A DNA stretch of 64,000 bases from NCBI GenBank assembly GCA_016177615.1, contig JACOUX010000012.1, positions 17,104-81,103 of the forward strand, given 5' to 3'. The notes under the pieces are model-generated. The model was given only the letters and a program-made list of their open reading frames with translations. It was not told the origin of the DNA and made no database searches. This document shows positions 59,301 through 64,000 of the stretch, piece after piece. The translations under genes were made by a program, and so were the position numbers. The stretch comes from Candidatus Woesearchaeota archaeon. GTDB lineage: Archaea > Nanobdellota > Nanobdellia > Woesearchaeales > GW2011-AR4. Numbering within the stretch: position 1 is the stretch's first letter; each line of letters starts with the position of its first letter.

Positions 59301-59728
59301 TAAATCTCAACTATGTGCCCTTTTGAAATGCCCCTTCCTTTTAAGACATTAGCAAGCCTGCAGACTTCCTGAAGCAGCTGCTTATAGGTGTAATTCTTTA
59401 TTTCACCTGATTCTGATTCCCAGATAAAAGCCAGCTTGTCTTTTTTACCTGATTTTATTATCCTGTCAAGGCAGTTATATGAAACATTGAGGTACCCCCC
59501 TTCAAACCATTTGAAAAACCCCATGTCGTTCCTGAAAACAACATCCCACTTTTTGAACCATTCCAGCTCATTTGCTTTTCCTGCCCAAAATGCTTCTGGA
59601 TTCTCAATGGATTTTTTGTACAGCTTTGCATAAGACTGCATATTTTTGATATGGGAGCCTCTGCTGAACTCATGCGACGGATAAAAAACCCTGTTTTCCT
59701 TCAGAATTGAATCTATATAATCAGCCAT
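56390..59728 (-). CDS. acs: Acetyl-CoA synthetase (AMP-forming), interrupted by an intein
   Basis: The exteins (271 aa + 379 aa) give a normal ~650-aa Acs: ...LFILYTSG | TTGKPKGILHTQAGYL...WQTETGG...KTRSGKIMRR. Confidence 0.92.
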   Translation of the reverse strand: MADYIDSILKENRVFYPSHEFSRGSHIKNMQSYAKLYKKSIENPEAFWAGKANELEWFKKWDVVFRNDMGFFKWFEGGYLNVSYNCLDRIIKSGKKDKLAFIWESESGEIKNYTYKQLLQEVCRLANVLKGRGISKGHIVEIYLPMIPELPIAMLACARIGAIHSVVFAGFSSDALKDRIQDSNAEILITADGSFRNGKIFPLKENADAALQECPSIRNVIVVKRAENKINMVNDRDYWWHELINDKNILDECAPEFLHAEESLFILYTSGCCHANSLIQLSNGEIVKIKDINDNNLKTSIINLDPNHFVQTEDSITHHHKYPSNSLLIKVRTPSFEGIFTPNHRLFSLDEYGNIVEKEAGSLNKEDKVFVVSKINIKGEMQKLPDINQEKTYRNITTYRPKNIPKINNFLTANFAQIIGYFLGDGHLDKRSIIFTDKDKNNLMFYRDLIKNELQLTGNIRKIERQRLLVNSSILANYIKYNFSEIIRKSRSRGVPKIIQRSENVCIAGFLRGIFDAEGTIGRSFVKLSNTSEELIRIVQLLLRRFGIVSNVYHGKSRERQIRNRKIKETNYFDLIISQRESLHVFYNEIHFSDINKGVRLKNLMDKLLSRKIIPKERFTIFSLLKEVTKVIKVDWKGEFNKIIKFVYYNETDKNGLIAIRTFLDAKINSAEGDTSRKLELIRNKIQALIGIKGMVLEKILEINEIGNDSDFVYDLTAGKNHNYVVNGFITHNTTGKPKGILHTQAGYLLYANQTFKYIFDIKDKDIYFCTADIGWITGHSYIVYGPLSNGATVVMYEGSPTYPKPDRFWRIIEKHKATIFYTAPTAIRALAKEGDDWPNKCDLSPLRLLGTVGEPINPEAWMWYHNVIGKKKCPIVDTWWQTETGGILISPLPGATPLKPGSATLPFFGIAAEVLREDGTKANSNEGGYLVIKNPWPGMLRTIWNNPDMYKKTYFEKFGVYLTGDSAKIDEDGYFWVMGRIDDVIKVAGHRIGSAEVESSLVSHEAVAEAAVVPYPHEVKGQAIYAFVVLKKGISKDEALKEELRKYVAQHIGPIAKPDKIQFADELPKTRSGKIMRRILKAIAEGKTDYGNITTLADPGVVEIIAKTRVN
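57530..58915 (-). mobile_element. 462-aa intein with a LAGLIDADG homing-endonuclease domain, inserted in the Acs YTSG/TTGKPKG motif
   Basis: Starts with Cys (CCHANSLIQLSNGEIVKI). Block B is TPNHRLF. Endonuclease motifs are IIGYFLGDGHLD and IAGFLRGIFDAEGTI. Ends VYDLTAGKNHNYVVNGFITHN, followed by Thr+1. AT-rich relative to the exteins. Confidence 0.88.
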
Positions 59729-59802
59729 AATAACCTCTTTTTGCAGTTAAACTGGCTTTGCTGTTTAAAAAACTTTTTATATCCAAAAACAAATCCTAAG
59801 AT

Positions 59803-60210
59803 GTGGAAGAGATTACCTTATCAACCAGGAAAAAGCAGGAATTGATAGACATAACCACGCAAGTGAACTCTATAGTCAAGAAATCAAAAATAATGAATGG
59901 CATTTGCAATATATTCACGGCGCATGCCACAGGAGCAATAATCATAAATGAAAATTATGACCCGAATATTTGCCTTGACATGATTGATGCCTTAAACAAG
60001 CTTGTTCCGGCTGGAATCTGGCGGCATGACAGGATTGATGGAAATGCAGACGCACATATAAAATCTGCAATTCTGGGCCCTTCAGAAACAATACCTATAA
60101 ATAACGGCAAACTGGCATTGGGTCAATGGCAAGCGCTTCAATTTTGTGAATTGGACGGTCCTAGAAGGGATAGAAAAATAATCGTGACAGTAATGGGTGA
60201 TAAAGAATGA
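59803..60210 (+). CDS. YjbQ/UPF0047-family protein (secondary thiamine-phosphate synthase-like)
   Basis: ELIDITTQV...ICNIFTAHATGAIIINENYDPN...HDRIDGNADAHIKSAILG. GTG start with an A/T box ~25 nt upstream. Confidence 0.8.
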   Translation: MEEITLSTRKKQELIDITTQVNSIVKKSKIMNGICNIFTAHATGAIIINENYDPNICLDMIDALNKLVPAGIWRHDRIDGNADAHIKSAILGPSETIPINNGKLALGQWQALQFCELDGPRRDRKIIVTVMGDKE

Positions 60211-60653
60211 ATTGCGACTTGTGCGGCAAATCTGATGAAAGCCTGAAAAGGGCCGTAATAGAAAGTGTCGAGCTTAATGTGTGCCCAAGATGCAGCAAAT
60301 TTGGAAAAATTATTGGAAATCTGGCTAGCCATAAAATTGCGCCAAAGAAAGCTGCAGCCGCTCCAAAGGAAGAAAAAGTTGAGCTGCTGGTTGAGAATTA
60401 TGCTGAAATAATCAGGAATAAAAGAGAGTCAATGGGGCTAAGCCAGAAGGACTTTGCGCTTAGAATTAATGAAAAGGAATCTGTTGTTCACAAGATAGAA
60501 ACTGGCCATTTTGAGCCGCAGCTGGCAGTGGCAAAAAGGCTTGGGAAGATATTAGGAATCAAGCTTGTCGAGGAGCACGAAGAGGGACATTCGCCAGTCG
60601 AAAAGAAAAAATATGATGGGTTTACATTAGGCGACTTTATAAAGATAAAATAA
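60207..60653 (+). CDS. mbf1: Archaeal multiprotein-bridging factor 1 (aMBF1): zinc ribbon plus XRE-type HTH
   Basis: CDLCG...CPRC, then MGLSQKDFALRINEKESVVHKIETG. Confidence 0.85.
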   Translation: MNCDLCGKSDESLKRAVIESVELNVCPRCSKFGKIIGNLASHKIAPKKAAAAPKEEKVELLVENYAEIIRNKRESMGLSQKDFALRINEKESVVHKIETGHFEPQLAVAKRLGKILGIKLVEEHEEGHSPVEKKKYDGFTLGDFIKIK

Positions 60654-60672
60654 TGAATTCTAAATTCTTAGG

Positions 60673-60915
60673 CTATCTGCCAAAAATCAGGTATTCACAT
60701 CTGCCGGCATTTTCCCTATATAAAATTTTTAATCTGCTGTTCATCATGGCAACAAGCTTTTTTGTCTCCCCTATACAGCTGTCATCATGCAATGGGCACG
60801 GGAGCAAATCGCAGCTGTTGAACAGGACTGTGCCGGCATCATTAGATTTCGCCTGCAGCCCTTTTGATTTCCCTGAATCATATAAAGGATAATACATAAG
60901 CTCGTCCGCTTTCAT
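60673..60915 (-). CDS. Hypothetical small Cys-containing protein, ATGA-coupled to the upstream GT-C gene
   Basis: Its ATG overlaps the stop of the 60912-61973 gene (ATGA). I recognise no motif. A competing plus-strand ORF (60653-60892) lacks any such coupling. Confidence 0.35.
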   Translation of the reverse strand: MKADELMYYPLYDSGKSKGLQAKSNDAGTVLFNSCDLLPCPLHDDSCIGETKKLVAMMNSRLKILYRENAGRCEYLIFGR

Positions 60916-61973
60916 AACCTGTCAAATCTTAATTGAGGCGCAACCTGGAATATTGACAATGCAAGAATTATAGCCAAAGCTAAATTGATATGCTTTTTGA
61001 AAAGTTTGGCAAAATAAAGGAGCCCAATGCCTGCAGCTATGTAAAGAAACGGTAAAATCGGTATGAGGATCCTCATTTCCTTGTGGCTGGCCAAAATATA
61101 AGGCAGGAAGGGAAGCAATAGCATCAAAGCAAATGACTTCTTCATGGCATCCTTACTCCTGAAAATGGTTATTATTCCTATAATTGAAAAAATTGAAACG
61201 AAATTTTCTTTTGCGAGCCCGATGAAATAGAAATAAATGCCCTGATGGTAAATCCAGCCCGTATATTTTGTCATAAATGCCTGAAGCTGGAATGGGTAGA
61301 AAATGTTCCCATAGAGGTATAGGTTAAGTAAAAGGTAAGGAAGCACAGGAGCCAAAAATGAAGCTGCAAAAACAATAATGTTTTTTACAGAATATTTTTT
61401 CTTATACAGGCAGTATAGATAAGCAAAAATTACGGGAATTATTGAAAATATCTGGAAAAACCTTGTTATGAAGGATATTCCCAAAAATAGCCCGGCAAAC
61501 GCGTGCTTTCTTGCTACAAAAAAATATATTCCTGCCAGTAAAAAAAATGTTGATATTATTTCTGAATAGAGGATATTTCCGAAAAGAAAAAATGTTGGCG
61601 AAAAGGCCAAAAAAAGACCTGCAAAAAAAGCTGTTTTTCTGCCAAAAAGCTTTGAGGATATTAAATAAGTCAGTATGATGCACCCAAGGCTTGCCAAGCC
61701 CACTGTAATCTTCCCAAACAGAATCGGGTCTAAGCCTATTTTCCAGAAAAATCCAAGCATCAGGGGCCATCCCAACGGCCTTGAAGCTTCCCACAGCCCT
61801 GACTGGCCAAAAGAATAGATATGCTTGCCCATTCCGATGTAAACTGACGAGTCCCACCACATGTCGCTTTCAACCGAAAAAGAGAATATCCTCGATATGG
61901 CTGATAATATTGCTACAAGAATAAAAAGCCAGTCAAAATATTGTTCCTTTTTCCTGATAAATATCTTATTCAT
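60912..61973 (-). CDS. GT-C-fold membrane glycosyltransferase (PMT_2 / ArnT-like, GT39/83-like)
   Basis: The first loop has acidic residues (SVESDMWWDSSVYIGMG), followed by ~9-10 TM helices (KTAFFAGLFLAFSPTFFLFG...). Confidence 0.6.
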   Translation of the reverse strand: MNKIFIRKKEQYFDWLFILVAILSAISRIFSFSVESDMWWDSSVYIGMGKHIYSFGQSGLWEASRPLGWPLMLGFFWKIGLDPILFGKITVGLASLGCIILTYLISSKLFGRKTAFFAGLFLAFSPTFFLFGNILYSEIISTFFLLAGIYFFVARKHAFAGLFLGISFITRFFQIFSIIPVIFAYLYCLYKKKYSVKNIIVFAASFLAPVLPYLLLNLYLYGNIFYPFQLQAFMTKYTGWIYHQGIYFYFIGLAKENFVSIFSIIGIITIFRSKDAMKKSFALMLLLPFLPYILASHKEMRILIPILPFLYIAAGIGLLYFAKLFKKHINLALAIILALSIFQVAPQLRFDRL

Positions 61974-63234
61974 TCTTCTTCCAGATATTTGGCTGCCTCT
62001 TCCTAAAATATTCTGGCAGGCAGGTTATGTAGATGCACATTATAAGGAGCCAGAAGGGAAACATGAAAACAAATGGTATAAGGTGCCTAAAATCAAACTT
62101 CCTGTCAAACTTGAATATTGCCAAAAGAATCAACGGGTATGTCAAGAATGTTGAGGCAAGTCCTGCCATAACTGCAAGCGTCAATGGTGTTTGGCCTGAG
62201 AATACGCTTACTGTCCACCTTATAAAGCCAACGATTGAAAGCCACTCAAAAAAGAACCTGAGAACATAGATGTTAAAGTAAATACCCTTCGAGAAAAAGT
62301 ACGTGATGTATCCGGAAATTATTTGGTATAATGTGAATGATCCCATTACAACTGCCTGCACATAAGTAAAGAGGAATATAGGCAAAGTATAAAGGTCTAT
62401 TATTGTATTGTTCAGTTGAACATGCTTCTTAAGTATGTTTATCACGCCTCTTGCAAATCTTGTCCTCTGCCTGAAAAATCCCTTTAAGTCATACGGCATG
62501 TTGGTTTCTGAAACTGCGCCTTCTGCAAAGCTTATCCTGCTGCCTTTTCTTATCAGCCTTACAGCAACATCTATGTCTTCTGAAAATCCTTCTGCGCTGA
62601 ATCCCCCTATCTCAACCAAATTCTTTTTTACGTAGGCGCTTAATGGCCCGGGTGTGGTTATATTGGCGCCTATCTTCGAGAACAAAAGGCGCATGAGGGA
62701 ATTGTAGAGCTGCTCTATATGAACCCACATGCATACAAATTTGTCTCTGTTCCTGACTTTTACCACGCTGCAGACCCCTGCAACATTGTCTCGTGACAGC
62801 TCTTCTGCCACTTCTGCCAGGCCATTCTTGTTGATTGTGCTGTCTGCATCCACAATAGCTATTATCTCGCCTTTTGCAGCTGAAAGCGCCTTGTTTATGG
62901 AAGCTGACTTGCCGCTATGCGCTGTCCTTATAAGCCTGACGTTCCTGAATTCTCTGGCGATAGAAGAAGTCTTGTCTCTGCTGCCGTCATCAACTACTAT
63001 TATTTCCTTTTTGCCGCTAAAATCAGCTGAAATTACAGACTCAATGCATTCCCTTATGTAAGTTTCCTCATTGTGGGCGGGTATTATTATTGTTATGCTG
63101 GAAAATTTCTTCTTTTTTTCCGGCTTTTTTCTTTTTATGAAGAGCAAAACATAATAAGACACTACCACTATCAAAAATAAGACTGTTATAACATATGCTA
63201 ATTGTTCAAGAATTCCCATTTTCAATAATGCCAT
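61966..63234 (-). CDS. Membrane-bound family 2 glycosyltransferase (processive-synthase-like)
   Basis: N-terminal TM helix, then ITIIIPAHNEE...IIVVDDGSRDKT...IVDADS...FSEDIDV...RQRTRFARG (QxxRW-like) and C-terminal TM helices. Confidence 0.8.
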   Translation of the reverse strand: MALLKMGILEQLAYVITVLFLIVVVSYYVLLFIKRKKPEKKKKFSSITIIIPAHNEETYIRECIESVISADFSGKKEIIVVDDGSRDKTSSIAREFRNVRLIRTAHSGKSASINKALSAAKGEIIAIVDADSTINKNGLAEVAEELSRDNVAGVCSVVKVRNRDKFVCMWVHIEQLYNSLMRLLFSKIGANITTPGPLSAYVKKNLVEIGGFSAEGFSEDIDVAVRLIRKGSRISFAEGAVSETNMPYDLKGFFRQRTRFARGVINILKKHVQLNNTIIDLYTLPIFLFTYVQAVVMGSFTLYQIISGYITYFFSKGIYFNIYVLRFFFEWLSIVGFIRWTVSVFSGQTPLTLAVMAGLASTFLTYPLILLAIFKFDRKFDFRHLIPFVFMFPFWLLIMCIYITCLPEYFRKRQPNIWKKNE

Positions 63235-64000
63235 AGTTGGCTGCCTTTGGCGTGCAGAACCATCTGGGTTTGCTGTTTATGACTGCCCTGAAGAATGCCA
63301 TGCTGTTGGCTGCTGCCAGCACGATGCCCAAAGTTACTGAAGATAATAATAGGTATGGGAACTCGCTCAGCTGTCCTTTCCTGTATAAAGCAAGCATCCC
63401 GATAAGAAGGAAACCGGACGTGAAGAAAAGCCTTGATAACAGTGTTATGAAGTCGCTGATTGTGAACAGGTTCAAGTCGCCGATGAACCAGCCTGCAAGC
63501 CCGAACATGGTCATCAAAACGACTACTGGAGCTACTATATTTCCAAGTGTCAGGTATGCCACCATCATCTTCCTGCCAAATGAGAGTTTTTTCCCGAATA
63601 GTATGCTGAATGCATTGTCAAAGAACGCCCTTGCATTCCCATAGCACCATCTCATCTGCTGCTTGATAAATCCTTCAAAGGTTTCAGGCACCTCGCTTTG
63701 GGTCTCAAAATCAAGGTATACGGAATCCCATCCTTTCAGCAATAGGTTTATCGTCAAGTCTGAGTCTTCTGTCAGGCTCTCGGCATTCCATCCTCCTGCT
63801 TCCAGGAATGCAGATCTTCTTATTGCCCCTGCAGTGCCGCAAAAAAACACGCAACCAATCCTGTTGTTTATCGGCATTATTATTGAATGGTATATAGTAA
63901 GCAGGTACGCTCCAAATCTCGTAATGAGGTTTTTGTCCTTGTTGTAGAAGCCCTGGCCAGCCTGCACTATGGCCACTTTTGGGTCAGAAAACGGCCTTAC
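63206..64000 (-). CDS. Family 2 glycosyltransferase, processive type (5' end outside the window)
   Basis: The frame is open to the window edge. FCGTAGAIRRSAF...LTEDSDLT...KQQMRWCYG (QxxRW), followed by 4 TM helices. Overlaps the downstream GT2 by 29 nt. Confidence 0.8.
   Translation of the reverse strand, partial: VRPFSDPKVAIVQAGQGFYNKDKNLITRFGAYLLTIYHSIIMPINNRIGCVFFCGTAGAIRRSAFLEAGGWNAESLTEDSDLTINLLLKGWDSVYLDFETQSEVPETFEGFIKQQMRWCYGNARAFFDNAFSILFGKKLSFGRKMMVAYLTLGNIVAPVVVLMTMFGLAGWFIGDLNLFTISDFITLLSRLFFTSGFLLIGMLALYRKGQLSEFPYLLLSSVTLGIVLAAANSMAFFRAVINSKPRWFCTPKAANYGIIENGNS

Noticed and set aside
60653-60892. 79-aa plus-strand ORF downstream of aMBF1.
   Set aside because: It competes with the minus-strand 60673-60915 ORF, which has an ATGA overlap with the upstream GT-C gene. 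Neither has recognisable motifs, and I kept only the coupled one at low confidence.
1-64000. Search for CRISPR arrays, tRNA genes, rRNA genes, and transposase or integrase genes.
   Set aside because: I found no regularly spaced direct repeats, no cloverleaf-like GC-rich intergenic segments, and no rRNA-like stretches in any intergenic region. The only mobile-type elements I can support are the intein, the LAGLIDADG-like gene and the MNT insertion. The Cas4-like genes have no cas1, cas2 or array nearby.

Overview
Archaeal chromosomal segment. Archaea-specific r-proteins L14e, L34e, L32e, L19e and S4e, plus aIF5B, aMBF1, Trm1 and a class III signal-peptide pilin, show the domain. In my judgement it comes from a streamlined DPANN-like lineage, but that assignment is inference only.

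Layout:
- 2-898: pheT 3' end.
- 899-4241: AT-rich TrmB regulator plus NitT/TauT-type ABC transporter.
- 4395-20649, minus strand: the complete L3...L15-SecY ribosomal supercluster, then a DUF106/YidC-like gene, L34e and L14e. adk, cmk and the RNase P subunit gene are absent from their usual slots. A nucleotidyltransferase cassette sits between L30 and L15.
- 20992-33339: glycan-biosynthesis island. It holds an SDR::DegT fusion, a formyltransferase, GT-C, GT9, GT4, WecB and a flippase.
- 33403-38080: two paralogous surface proteins. The second carries a ~750-aa charged coiled coil.
- 38081-39748: small housekeeping genes.
- 39936-44312: a three-gene cassette of unknown function. I read it as a highly divergent RelA/SpoT-homologue (RSH) system: an HD-hydrolase-like gene, a synthetase-like gene with a huge insertion, and a nitrilase-like gene. 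This is my top candidate for a novel system.
- 44309-55314: NIP7-like gene, aIF5B, a free-standing LAGLIDADG-like gene, Trm1, DRG GTPase, a NucS-like nuclease, transaldolase, a split membrane-anchored Cas4-like nuclease, and split transketolase.
- 55379-64000: second TrmB, acetyl-CoA synthetase interrupted by a 462-aa LAGLIDADG intein, YjbQ, aMBF1, and a GT-C plus two GT2 genes.

I could recognise no rRNA, tRNA or CRISPR array.

Most first genes look leaderless, with an A/T box centred ~25-30 nt upstream of the ATG. I used this to refine several start codons.

CDS coordinates follow the supplied ORF track. Motif, repeat and promoter coordinates were read by eye and may be off by 1-2 nt. All family assignments rest on motifs recalled from memory; no searches were run.
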